From: a virus
Lineage: Duplodnaviria > Caudoviricetes
Strand: one strand, 5' to 3'
Virus record (IMG/VR): IMGVR_UViG_3300025872_000287
Location: 1 to 24,881 of that record
DNA: 24,881 bases
In this document: positions 8,089 through 16,597 of the stretch, piece by piece
Position numbering within the stretch: position 1 is the first letter of the stretch
Layout: every line of letters begins with the position of its first letter
The notes under the pieces: generated by a model
Told to the model about the DNA's origin: nothing
The model's input: the letters and a program-made list of their open reading frames with translations, nothing else
The model's database searches: none
Made by a program: the position numbers and the translations under genes

Positions 8089-8154
8089 CGGTGGGCCAAA
8101 CAGTCAAGTTGACCCACCGTGTGCGAACTTTAATGCCCCCGCACGGGCAATTAA
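8089..8154 (-). ncRNA. Putative cis-acting structured RNA (H-type pseudoknot plus 11-bp hairpin)
   Basis: TGCCC/GGGCA stem; loop GTGCGG complementary to downstream TCGCAC; then CGGTGGGTCAA/TTGGCCCACCG. No U-tract. Confidence 0.55.
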
Positions 8155-9468
8155 TTATGCAACGATGTCTTTGCAAACAGCGAATGCGGTTGGTTGCAAC
8201 AAATTGCAATCCAAATAAGCGTTCAACACAACATTGGTCAAACCGGCGGTTGCGCCGCTGTATGGGTCAACAGTCAATTCCATTCCACCCCATGAAGCGA
8301 TGGCCATTTTGCTGAAATCACCAAAAATCATGGCCGACAATGTAGATGAACTACCTTTTGACAAGTTTGAAGGAACAAGTGTTGATGTAGCAACGGGGTA
8401 ACCGTTCAAATCAAAACCGCCCGCGGGCCAAATGAAATTGCCTTCAACACCTGATGATTGACGGGGAATTGTTTGCAATGCTGCCTTCACCTTTGGGTTT
8501 GTCAAATATGCAACACCTTCACCGTTTGCGTTTTCAACCGCTTTCATCAAATTAACAACATCAGCCCAAACCGGTGCAATACCGTTGGCGTTTGTTGCGT
8601 TTGATGTTGCGCCGCCGGCAAAAGTTACATTGACATTGGCGTTGGCAATGATGCCGGTTGGTTCGTTTGAACCACCACCTTTGATGGCGGCTGTTTCCAA
8701 TGATTGAGCCATTGCGTTCAACAACCAGTTGCGAACATATGTGTCAATGCTGTTTGATGATTGCAACATCAACTGATTTGAAACCTGAATGTAGGCGGCC
8801 AAACGCTTGGGGCTGAATGTTACTTTGCTGAATGCGGGTGACTTTTCGGTCGCGCTGCCGTTTTCAGTATTCCAACCGGCTGATGGCACAGTTGACGCGG
8901 TTGGCATGTCCAAATTTCCAACCAATCCTGACAATTGCTGAACGCCCAATCCGCGCAATACGGTTTTTGGCAATAACACATCGATGATTGATCCAACATT
9001 GGTTTGAACATTGACGCCACCTTCTGAACCAGCTGAACCTCCGGTCACGCTCATGTCGCGTTTGAAAACCTCTGATGGCACTTTCATTGAATGCGCGCTA
9101 ACGCTTACGCCTGAACGCTGAAATTCAGCGGCGGCCATTTGGTTGAATTCGGCTTCAACACCATCGCGGCGACCGGTGATGGCCATTTCCATTGCGCGTT
9201 TGAAAGAATAATTTTCTTTCATTGCTTCTTTTTCCTTTTCTTCGCTGCGGCTTGCGCTGTGTCCGGCGGCTTGCGCTGCAAGGTTTTGCAATTTTTCCAA
9301 AGTTTCAACCTCGGCCTTAATTGCACCCAAACGGGCTTCAATTTCGGTCAAACGGTTGTTTTCGCTTTCGGCCATTGAACGGGCTTCCTTTTCAATGGTG
9401 GTTTGCAACGCTGACAATTCGCCAAGCAAACGGCCGCGTTCTTCTTTTAATGCTTTAATTTTATTCAT
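8155..9468 (-). CDS. Major capsid protein, HK97 family, with N-terminal coiled-coil delta domain
   Basis: 437 aa; coiled-coil N-terminus, then GG..V, W..E, F..VTFSPKRL..YIQVS.QL, IFGDFS and P.AF motifs. Confidence 0.96.
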   Translation of the reverse strand: MNKIKALKEERGRLLGELSALQTTIEKEARSMAESENNRLTEIEARLGAIKAEVETLEKLQNLAAQAAGHSASRSEEKEKEAMKENYSFKRAMEMAITGRRDGVEAEFNQMAAAEFQRSGVSVSAHSMKVPSEVFKRDMSVTGGSAGSEGGVNVQTNVGSIIDVLLPKTVLRGLGVQQLSGLVGNLDMPTASTVPSAGWNTENGSATEKSPAFSKVTFSPKRLAAYIQVSNQLMLQSSNSIDTYVRNWLLNAMAQSLETAAIKGGGSNEPTGIIANANVNVTFAGGATSNATNANGIAPVWADVVNLMKAVENANGEGVAYLTNPKVKAALQTIPRQSSGVEGNFIWPAGGFDLNGYPVATSTLVPSNLSKGSSSTLSAMIFGDFSKMAIASWGGMELTVDPYSGATAGLTNVVLNAYLDCNLLQPTAFAVCKDIVA

Positions 9469-9483
9469 GATTTTTTGTTTGTT

Positions 9484-10095
9484 TTAAAGGTTTTTGTATC
9501 TCAACAATGCAACTTTCAAAATGTCCGCATCAATTTGTGATTGTTCCGCGGCTTGGATTTGCAATTCTTCATCACGCATTTTGATAATTGAACGCGCATC
9601 GGCTTCGGTGTCTGAATATGCGGGATAAGTAACCGGCGAAACATCAAACAATTCATCAATTATTTTGATTGTGCGTTTGCCCATTGTTCCATATTTGGTT
9701 GAATCCGCCCATGATTGTTCTTTGATGGTAAACGCAAATGATGATTGTGTGATGTCACCGCGCATGATTGAACGAACAACCGACATGTGGGTCGGGTTTT
9801 CGTAATCGGGAATCCATGTATATTCCAAATTGCCATCAGCATTGACAAACACTTTGCATGTTTCGGCCTTTGTACGACCTAAAATCAAATCCGATTCGTG
9901 GTTAAACAAACAGCGGATGTCGTATTCGCGTGATAATGCGTAATCAAACGCACCGCGTTCAATTACTTCTTCGAAATACCCTAAATCGGTCACGCTGTTA
10001 ACAACGGCGGCAATGCCTCCAATTTCTTTGGGCATGCCATCGCCGATGGCGCGTGCGTGAACTGATCCGGTGATGGTTCTGCGTTCTTGTTTCAT
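9484..10095 (-). CDS. Prohead protease, HK97 family
   Basis: FEEVIERGAF, LFNH, LGRT, RGDITQSSFAF and DVSPVTYPAY motifs. Confidence 0.96.
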   Translation of the reverse strand: MKQERRTITGSVHARAIGDGMPKEIGGIAAVVNSVTDLGYFEEVIERGAFDYALSREYDIRCLFNHESDLILGRTKAETCKVFVNADGNLEYTWIPDYENPTHMSVVRSIMRGDITQSSFAFTIKEQSWADSTKYGTMGKRTIKIIDELFDVSPVTYPAYSDTEADARSIIKMRDEELQIQAAEQSQIDADILKVALLRYKNL

Positions 10096-10096
10096 T

Positions 10097-11380
10097 TTAA
10101 ATTACTTCGGTATTATTTACCCCATCGGGGTTGTTGTTTTTGTCTGCGCTTGCCATCAATTGTTCAATTTTTGCATCCATGTATGCGTCAATTTTTGACG
10201 ATGGCATCAAATTGGTTTCAATCAAATATTCATCACCACCATCAAATCCGTTTGCATCTTCGAATTCGCGTGCCTCATTGCGTGACAACCAACCACCGCG
10301 GATGCCTTTGTTGTAAAAATCCGCGCGGTCATTTGCTGATGCACGCAACAATGAGTTGAAATTAAATTTGAAATAATGGGTCATTTTGTCAACTTCGGTC
10401 AACAATTTGCGCGCCATTTCTTGTTCCATATTGATTGCATAGGCCATCAATGTTCGCATGTAAAAATCCTGATATTCTTGTTCAACACTCGATTTGATGC
10501 CATCTTTTGCGCCAATCATGGATGCCGGAACACCAAAGATTCGGGCAATTTCTTCGGCATCGAATTTGCGAACTTCTAAATATTGCGCTTCTTCGGGTGT
10601 CAATGACAATTTTTCCATTTTGATTCCGTTTGGCAAAACCGCCGAACGGGCCGCGCCATCAATCACATCGTCCAAACCTTTTTTCAGCGGTCCGGCTTGT
10701 TCGGGTTTGATTTGTGAATCTGATGTCAAAAGGAATTTTAAAACGCCGTTTTTAAACACGCCGGCATTGCCTGAAATTGCAGCCAAATCAATTCCCAATG
10801 TTTCCGCATGCAACACGATTGGTGAAACACCAACCAACGGATTGTCCAAACATTGCCCTTTGAAATGCAACATGTCGGTTGCGGGGATGGTGTTTGGGAA
10901 TCCTTTTGCCGTGCAATGATAAAACAGTTGGCCATCTTGCATCACCGGTGTGATATAATCAGGACAAATCGGATGTAACGCGATGGCCAAATATCGTGCA
11001 TCGCGGTTAATGAATGCATAAGCATTGCCCCGCAACGCCAAATCCGATGCCATGTATTTAACAAAATCAAATTTGGTTTGGTATGGGTTTGGCTCGTTCA
11101 ATACCGGTGTGGTATAATGAACCATTTTTGTTTCACGCGTTTTGCCATCATCATAATACAATTTGAGTGACAACCCCGCGATTCCATCTGCAATCACGCG
11201 AACACATGCGTGAACGCTTGCAATTGACAATGCGGTGCGTGGGTTTACGGCTTGCCCCGATTTGGTTTGATACCCAAATACGGAATTCAAGGAATTGACC
11301 AACCATTCCGTTGGGTATGCCAACGATGACCGTTTTTCAACGCCTTTGCCTTGAAACAATCTTTTCATGCTAAACTGCAT
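10097..11380 (-). CDS. Portal protein, HK97 family
   Basis: VHACVRVIA..IA.L, EPNPYQT, GNAY, GVSPI, IARIFGVP and NEAR..E motifs. Confidence 0.96.
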   Translation of the reverse strand: MQFSMKRLFQGKGVEKRSSLAYPTEWLVNSLNSVFGYQTKSGQAVNPRTALSIASVHACVRVIADGIAGLSLKLYYDDGKTRETKMVHYTTPVLNEPNPYQTKFDFVKYMASDLALRGNAYAFINRDARYLAIALHPICPDYITPVMQDGQLFYHCTAKGFPNTIPATDMLHFKGQCLDNPLVGVSPIVLHAETLGIDLAAISGNAGVFKNGVLKFLLTSDSQIKPEQAGPLKKGLDDVIDGAARSAVLPNGIKMEKLSLTPEEAQYLEVRKFDAEEIARIFGVPASMIGAKDGIKSSVEQEYQDFYMRTLMAYAINMEQEMARKLLTEVDKMTHYFKFNFNSLLRASANDRADFYNKGIRGGWLSRNEAREFEDANGFDGGDEYLIETNLMPSSKIDAYMDAKIEQLMASADKNNNPDGVNNTEVI

Positions 11381-11384
11381 AGGG

Positions 11385-11421
11385 CGAATTTATTATTTTG
11401 TGAATTAACATTTGCAACATT
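11385..11421 (-). promoter_or_regulatory. Putative late promoter: AATGTTGCAAATGT box, N15, TAAATTCG
   Basis: Box at 11408-11421; octamer at 11392-11385, 4 nt before the portal ATG at 11380. Confidence 0.6.
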
Positions 11422-11617
11422 ATCTATTTGTTTTCAGCCAACGCGACAACATTGACCGAAAAACGGTGTACGAACTAAATCGCGGCCGGTCAAAAATGGC
11501 CTTGTGTCTTTCTTCGATTGCTTCATAACAATCTTTGTATGACTTAAAATTTGGTAACTCACGATAGTATTCATTCATGAATTCGTCAATGTAGGTCAAC
11601 CATGCATCGGATTTCAT
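11420..11617 (-). CDS. 65-aa helical hypothetical protein between terL and portal
   Basis: Fills the gap between the two genes; aromatic-rich with a basic C-terminal helix. Confidence 0.75.
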   Translation of the reverse strand: MKSDAWLTYIDEFMNEYYRELPNFKSYKDCYEAIEERHKAIFDRPRFSSYTVFRSMLSRWLKTNR

Positions 11618-11631
11618 TGTCGTTCAATTTT

Positions 11632-13272
11632 TTACAAAGTTACAAACCAAAAATCGGAATTGTTTTCTTTTGATGCGGATTGCATTGCCGTTCCTAATGC
11701 CATGACAATGGAAACGGGGCCATCCACTTTGTCACCTGATTTGCCTTTGTCAATTTTAATGTTGCCGGCCGGATCGGTGCGCAACAAAATATTTGACATC
11801 ATCCATCGCGTGACCGGATTCCCGGCATGACGCAATTTCCCATCCTTAACCAATCTTTCCAATTCCTTTGTTGGCGTTGACATGCTTACAAAACCTTGAC
11901 CAAATGGAAACATGGTCAACCCTTCGTTTTGCAATTCAATTACCAGCTGCGAAGCGTTAAAACGGTCAAATGCTACATCCTTAATGTCGAATTTTGTGGC
12001 AAGTTCACAAATTTTGGCTTTTATGAACCCGTAATCCGTGACATTCCCATCGGTTGCAATAATGTGACCTTTGGCCACCCATTCGCGAATCGCTTGCCCG
12101 GCTGCGTCATTTCTTTTTTTGACCGATTCTTCGGGTAAAAAATACCATGTTCGCACCGCGTGATTGTGCGGAAAATACAAAGTGAATGCGCAAAAATCAC
12201 CAGTTGATGCCAAATCCAATCCACCAAAACATTGTTCACCTTCTAATTCGTCATCGCCATCGCATTGTTTCCAAATGTTGTCTGAAATCCATGTTTGTTC
12301 CGTGTCGGTCCATACATTCAACAACTTTGTTTTGAACTCAACTTCTTTCGATGTGTATTCTTTGGCTTCGGTCAACGCTTGCTGCAATTTGCGCGGGTAA
12401 ACTGAAACGCCCCAATTGGGATTCGCTTTTGCCCATACTTTTTCATCCATCCAATCATCGCCATCATCCAATGTGTAAATCACCGAAAACAATGCATCGT
12501 CTTTGATTGCGCCGTTTAACACATTGACGCAATAGCCCCGGTGGCGATAACACGCCGATTCGCGGTTGAACCCGGCCGTTGTGATGGTGAACAACAATGG
12601 TTGACGGCGTGCGCCCATACTGTTGAAAATTACATTGTACAATTCATCATTTGGATGCGCGTGGTATTCATCAATCACGGCCATGTGCGTGTTCAATCCA
12701 TCTTGTTTGTTTGGATTCCACTCTAATGGTTTATACAAATTTTGTTCGTGGATGATTCTGCGGTTGTTAACTGAATTATTGACAACAACTGCATCCTTCA
12801 ACCATTCCGTGTTTTGCGCCATCCTTACGGATTCGCCAAATACCATCATGGCTTGGTCCAATTTTGTCGCCGCTGAATAAATCTGCGCGCCGGCTTCATC
12901 ATCAGCAATCAGGCCATAAAGCATCACGGCCGATGAAAATGTCGATTTGCCGTTTTTGCGCGGAACTTCAACATAGGCGCGCGAAAATCTACGCGAACCA
13001 TCCGGATTCAAAAATCCAAAAAGATTCCAAATGATGAACGCTTGCCATCCTTCCAACAAAAATTTGCGTCCGGCATGCTCGCCGGTGGTGTGTTCCAATT
13101 CTTCAATAAAATTAATGGCATGTTGCGCAAATGCCGCGTTAAATTGAAAACGCGATAAATCATCAATATATCGTTGACATGCGTGTTTCACCAATTCACA
13201 TGCGTGAATTTTGCCATCAATCACATTCAACGCATATTGATGCGCCTTTGTGTTTTCAATTCCGGTTTTCAA
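11632..13272 (-). CDS. terL: Terminase large subunit (Terminase_1 type)
   Basis: Walker A VPRKNGKS, Walker B AVIDEYH, ITTAG coupling motif, nuclease GLDLAS..D and KVDG. TTG start is uncertain. Confidence 0.96.
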   Translation of the reverse strand: MKTGIENTKAHQYALNVIDGKIHACELVKHACQRYIDDLSRFQFNAAFAQHAINFIEELEHTTGEHAGRKFLLEGWQAFIIWNLFGFLNPDGSRRFSRAYVEVPRKNGKSTFSSAVMLYGLIADDEAGAQIYSAATKLDQAMMVFGESVRMAQNTEWLKDAVVVNNSVNNRRIIHEQNLYKPLEWNPNKQDGLNTHMAVIDEYHAHPNDELYNVIFNSMGARRQPLLFTITTAGFNRESACYRHRGYCVNVLNGAIKDDALFSVIYTLDDGDDWMDEKVWAKANPNWGVSVYPRKLQQALTEAKEYTSKEVEFKTKLLNVWTDTEQTWISDNIWKQCDGDDELEGEQCFGGLDLASTGDFCAFTLYFPHNHAVRTWYFLPEESVKKRNDAAGQAIREWVAKGHIIATDGNVTDYGFIKAKICELATKFDIKDVAFDRFNASQLVIELQNEGLTMFPFGQGFVSMSTPTKELERLVKDGKLRHAGNPVTRWMMSNILLRTDPAGNIKIDKGKSGDKVDGPVSIVMALGTAMQSASKENNSDFWFVTL

Positions 13273-13492
13273 GGAATTTCAAATTGTCTTTGGCAATTGA
13301 TTCGTTGCGATAAACAAACGGCAATTCGAACTGATCCATATCAATGAACGAACCATCGCGGTGAATTGGTTTATATCCTTCGCCATCGTGGCGTTCAATT
13401 TGCCAACAATTCCCATTCCCAACAATTCGGAATTTTGGAACAACCAGTTGTTGCTCGATTTCAAATGCGGGTTTGTGTTTTATCTTTTTCAT
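13256..13492 (-). CDS. 78-aa hypothetical protein between terS and terL
   Basis: Start reassigned to ATG 13492 (MKKIKHK), which overlaps the terS stop as ATGA. Confidence 0.7.
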   Translation of the reverse strand: MKKIKHKPAFEIEQQLVVPKFRIVGNGNCWQIERHDGEGYKPIHRDGSFIDMDQFELPFVYRNESIAKDNLKFLENRN

Positions 13493-13956
13493 GCTGATTT
13501 TGATTTGAGTAATTCTAATTTTGAAACCGGCTTTTGATTTGTGTTTGGAATTCGGGCGCGCGCTGATGGGGTCACGCCAATCAATTGCCCTAATTGCATC
13601 GCTTGTTTCACGCAATTTTGTTTTGTTGTAAACCACGGGTTGACCTTTGGGCCTTGCTGCGTTTCAATGACCATGCCTTGTTCCTCGCATTTTTCAACGG
13701 CAACATAATAATTGGCCACGGCTTCGGAATACATCGCGATGATTCCCAAATCCACGCCAACCAACATGTTGATTTTTTTCAGTTCAAAACACATTTCGTC
13801 AAAAATCTTTTTGGCGCGTGGCGTTTTCAATTCAATTTCCGGGGTTGGTTCTTCTTTGGTTGTTGTCATGGTCATTTCATTTTCAAGAATTCGGCACTTT
13901 TGCGCCGTTCCTTTTAATTTTTTGACTTCGGTTGGCACTTTGGGTCGTCCTCTCAT
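13489..13956 (-). CDS. terS: Terminase small subunit, P27 family
   Basis: MRGRPKVPTEVKKLKGT, NPW and GVTPSARARI motifs. Confidence 0.93.
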   Translation of the reverse strand: MRGRPKVPTEVKKLKGTAQKCRILENEMTMTTTKEEPTPEIELKTPRAKKIFDEMCFELKKINMLVGVDLGIIAMYSEAVANYYVAVEKCEEQGMVIETQQGPKVNPWFTTKQNCVKQAMQLGQLIGVTPSARARIPNTNQKPVSKLELLKSKSA

Positions 13957-13999
13957 TTTTGTTGTCTTAAATCGCCTTAAAATCGTTTTAATTCTAATT

Positions 14000-14130
14000 T
14001 TGCACGGGTGTTCCTTTGAATGACACAGCGGTTAACCGTGGGTCGCTGTGGGGAAAAACACCCCCTACCGGGTCGACTTCGGGCCACCAATGCATGTTTT
14101 CGTGTGCGTCCATGTGCGTGTGTGCGAATC
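14000..14130. other. Putative cos/packaging region
   Basis: Non-coding, GC-rich gap between HNH and terS. Inverted repeat CACAGCG (14024-14030)/CGCTGTG (14044-14050), palindrome CGGTTAACCG and three TGTGCG copies. The position matches cos in HK97-like phages. Confidence 0.55.
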
Positions 14131-14141
14131 TCATTGTAGAA

Positions 14142-14432
14142 TTAAAATTGTTTTGATTCCTTGCCTGACTTCTTTGCGTGGCATGAATTACACAGCGGTT
14201 GCAAGTTGTCGACATCGTTGAACGATCCGCCCAATCGAACGGGATTGATGTGGTCAACCATTTGCGCAACAATGATGATTCCATTGTCACGACATTGCCG
14301 ACACAAAGGTTCGTCACGCAATACCGATTGACGCAACGCGCGCCATGCGGTTGTGTGATACCGTGGTTCACGATGACGATGCGCCGTGTGAACTTCTTTG
14401 TTCTGAATCTTCTTTGATGGGAATGTCGGCAT
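14142..14432 (-). CDS. HNH endonuclease (HK97 gp74-like terminase cofactor)
   Basis: W..LR..VL.DEPLCRQC, VDHI.P...GG and NLQPLCNSCH..K motifs; adjacent to terS. Confidence 0.93.
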   Translation of the reverse strand: MPTFPSKKIQNKEVHTAHRHREPRYHTTAWRALRQSVLRDEPLCRQCRDNGIIIVAQMVDHINPVRLGGSFNDVDNLQPLCNSCHAKKSGKESKQF

Positions 14433-14436
14433 GTTG

Positions 14437-14465
14437 CAAAGTTATATTAAAATTTCATCAAACAA
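14437..14465 (-). promoter_or_regulatory. Bacteroidota-type promoter TTG-N18-TAACTTTG, 4 nt before the HNH ATG
   Basis: Perfect TAnnTTTG at 14444-14437 in an AT-rich intergenic gap. Confidence 0.65.
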
Positions 14466-15362
14466 TTACAACATCTCATTGTCAACGCGTTCAATGGCTT
14501 TGAATATCTCCAACGCAACTTGTGGAACGATGGCATTGCCGTAACCTTTTATTGATTCTTGTCTCCAATTAGAAAAGGTAATGTTGTCCAATTGTCTGGG
14601 AATCCCATCATTTCCCCCACAAATCGGGGATTGAGTTGGGAATTTTTCCCATCGGTGTTCATTGTTGCCCAACTGCCCAAATCGTTCCGTTCCCCTCTCC
14701 CTCTTTTTTCCAATGCCTCCTTGCTTCCGCTTCCATTTTTGTCGCTGCATGTTGGTGTTGGTAGTAACCCCAGAATTGCAAAGTGTTCCAAATACATCGC
14801 CCTCGTTTCCCCTCCATATATCTCCTTGCGCTTCATCGTTTGTTCCTCGGTCACTTCGCGTGGGCTTGCATTTGGTGTTGGCAGCAACGAACCAAATTCG
14901 TTCGCGTTTGTGTGGCGCGTTGACACCGCACGCAGGTATAACAACGGGCGCGACTTGATACCCAAGATTCTCCAACTCAGCGCACACCTCGTCGAATACC
15001 AATCCCCCATTCCAATTAGTGAGTCCGCGAACATTTTCGCCCACCACGAAACGCGGGGCAATCTCGCGTATTGCTCGCAACATCTCCGGCCAAAGGTGGC
15101 GTTCGTCTTCTTTTCCGAGCCGTTTGCCGGCTGATGAATATGGTTGGCATGGGAATCCCCCAGTGAGAATGTCAATTGTGTTTGCATATTTTGTAAAATC
15201 TGATTTTGTTATGTCGTTAAATGATTCGGCCTTTGGCCAATAATGTTTCAATACTTTTTGCCCAAATGTATTCCATTCACAATGGAAAACATTTTCCCAT
15301 CCCATCCATTCCGCGGCTAAATCAAACCCGCCAATTCCTGAAAACAACGATCCGTGTTTCAT
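14466..15362 (-). CDS. C5 cytosine DNA methyltransferase, alpha chain (motifs I-VIII and X)
   Basis: FSGIGG (I), GFPCQ (IV), ENV (VI), RERIW (VIII) and GNAIV (X). No recognisable motif IX in this frame. Confidence 0.93.
   Translation of the reverse strand: MKHGSLFSGIGGFDLAAEWMGWENVFHCEWNTFGQKVLKHYWPKAESFNDITKSDFTKYANTIDILTGGFPCQPYSSAGKRLGKEDERHLWPEMLRAIREIAPRFVVGENVRGLTNWNGGLVFDEVCAELENLGYQVAPVVIPACGVNAPHKRERIWFVAANTKCKPTRSDRGTNDEAQGDIWRGNEGDVFGTLCNSGVTTNTNMQRQKWKRKQGGIGKKRERGTERFGQLGNNEHRWEKFPTQSPICGGNDGIPRQLDNITFSNWRQESIKGYGNAIVPQVALEIFKAIERVDNEML
14549..15187 (-). CDS. C5 methyltransferase beta chain nested in the +1 frame (putative TRD plus motif IX)
   Basis: 212 open codons inside alpha; two LLPTP modules; LNPRFVGEMMGFPDNWT resembles motif IX. 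The layout is as in M.EcoHK31I. Start codon uncertain. Confidence 0.78.
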   Translation of the reverse strand: MQTQLTFSLGDSHANHIHQPANGSEKKTNATFGRRCCEQYARLPRVSWWAKMFADSLIGMGDWYSTRCALSWRILGIKSRPLLYLRAVSTRHTNANEFGSLLPTPNASPREVTEEQTMKRKEIYGGETRAMYLEHFAILGLLPTPTCSDKNGSGSKEALEKRGRGERNDLGSWATMNTDGKNSQLNPRFVGEMMGFPDNWTTLPFLIGDKNQ

Positions 15363-16597
15363 GAAACGACTTCGGTGTACTTTGTCAACTTGCCATCGAA
15401 GGTCGCATCAATCACCCCTGATTCCCCGTGCCTATTCTTTGCGATGATTAGTTCGGCATTCTCAATTGGCGGTTGTTCTTTGTCATAATAGGCCGGACGG
15501 AATGGAAACAACACAACATCCGCATCCTGTTCGATTGCACCTGATTCACGCAAATCAGACAACAACGGGCGTTTGTCGGCGCGTTCCTCCGGTTTACGGG
15601 ACAACTGCGCCAATATCATCACGGTGCATTTCAATTCCTTTGCCATCAACTTCAACCCGCGTGAAATCTCTGCGATTTCTTGTTCGCGCGAATGGCTTTT
15701 GTTTACGCGAATCAATTGTATATAATCGATGATGACAAGGTCCAACCCGTGTTTCGCTTTGTGCAATTTACATTTGCCGCGGATCATCTGCAATGATGTG
15801 TCGGGGTCATCATCAATGTGGAATGTCATCGGTGGTGTATTCAGGAATTGTTGAACATTGTCAATTTCTTCTTTGTACAATGAATGATTGCGAATGCGTC
15901 CATTTGGTATTTCACCAATGAGTGATACATAGCGTTTGGCCAATTGTTCGTTTGACATCTCCAATGATAGGAACAATGCGCGGCCATTACGCAACGCGAA
16001 ATCATGGGCAAATGTCAATGCAATTGCCGTCTTTCCCATGCCGGGACGACCGGCCACAACAATCATGTCACCGGCGTTGTAACCTCCAATCGCTTTGTCA
16101 AGTTTGCGCCACCCTGATGGTTTTCCGGTCAACTGGTTGCCGCGCGACATTGCATCGACAATGTTGGTCATGACATCTTTTGAAACGGCGTTGATGTCTT
16201 TCGGCTCATGGCCAATGTCAATTTGTGCTTCATCAATAATTGATTGCAATTGCGACTTTGCTTCAATCAACCCACCGTCAAAATTCAAACCAATGACCCG
16301 GTTTTTGATATTGTTTAAAACAAAATTGTATTGTAGTTCGATGACCTGATTTTTGATTGATGGCAATCCCGAACATGCGGCCGATAATTGCGCGGCCAAT
16401 ATTGTTTCCGCTCGATCCAAATATTTCCGAATGGTGAACGGGTTGACGGTTTCGCCTGATTCATAGACAATGCGCATCGCTTTAACTATTTTGCCCAATG
16501 ATTTATTTGTAAACCATTTTGATTGAATCTTTGGCAAATGATGATGCAATTCAGAATAAAACGCTAATTGACTGATGATATATTCTTCGTTCGTCAT
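15359..16597 (-). CDS. dnaB: DnaB-like replicative helicase
   Basis: GRPGMGKT, SLEM, IIDYIQL, LAQLSR, LSDLRESGAIEQDAD and KNRHG motifs. Confidence 0.96.
   Translation of the reverse strand: MTNEEYIISQLAFYSELHHHLPKIQSKWFTNKSLGKIVKAMRIVYESGETVNPFTIRKYLDRAETILAAQLSAACSGLPSIKNQVIELQYNFVLNNIKNRVIGLNFDGGLIEAKSQLQSIIDEAQIDIGHEPKDINAVSKDVMTNIVDAMSRGNQLTGKPSGWRKLDKAIGGYNAGDMIVVAGRPGMGKTAIALTFAHDFALRNGRALFLSLEMSNEQLAKRYVSLIGEIPNGRIRNHSLYKEEIDNVQQFLNTPPMTFHIDDDPDTSLQMIRGKCKLHKAKHGLDLVIIDYIQLIRVNKSHSREQEIAEISRGLKLMAKELKCTVMILAQLSRKPEERADKRPLLSDLRESGAIEQDADVVLFPFRPAYYDKEQPPIENAELIIAKNRHGESGVIDATFDGKLTKYTEVVS

Noticed and set aside
8089-8154. Pistol ribozyme or known riboswitch
   Set aside because: The 5-bp stem, 6-nt pairing loop and UUAAA resemble the pistol 5' part, but P2 and the cleavage-site junction are absent, and I recognise no riboswitch consensus.
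8085-8157. Capsid stop read-through into the in-frame 66-aa ORF
   Set aside because: The frames match, but two stops (TAA 8157-55 and TGA 8106-04) would both need to be read through.
13994-14371. 125-aa minus-strand ORF overlapping HNH and the cos region
   Set aside because: Out-of-frame overlap with HNH, crosses the likely packaging site, and has no recognisable features.
14559-15134. 191-aa plus-strand ORF opposite the methyltransferase (third open frame)
   Set aside because: It is the antisense shadow of the nested coding region, is Ser/Pro/Leu-rich, and has no motif or promoter.
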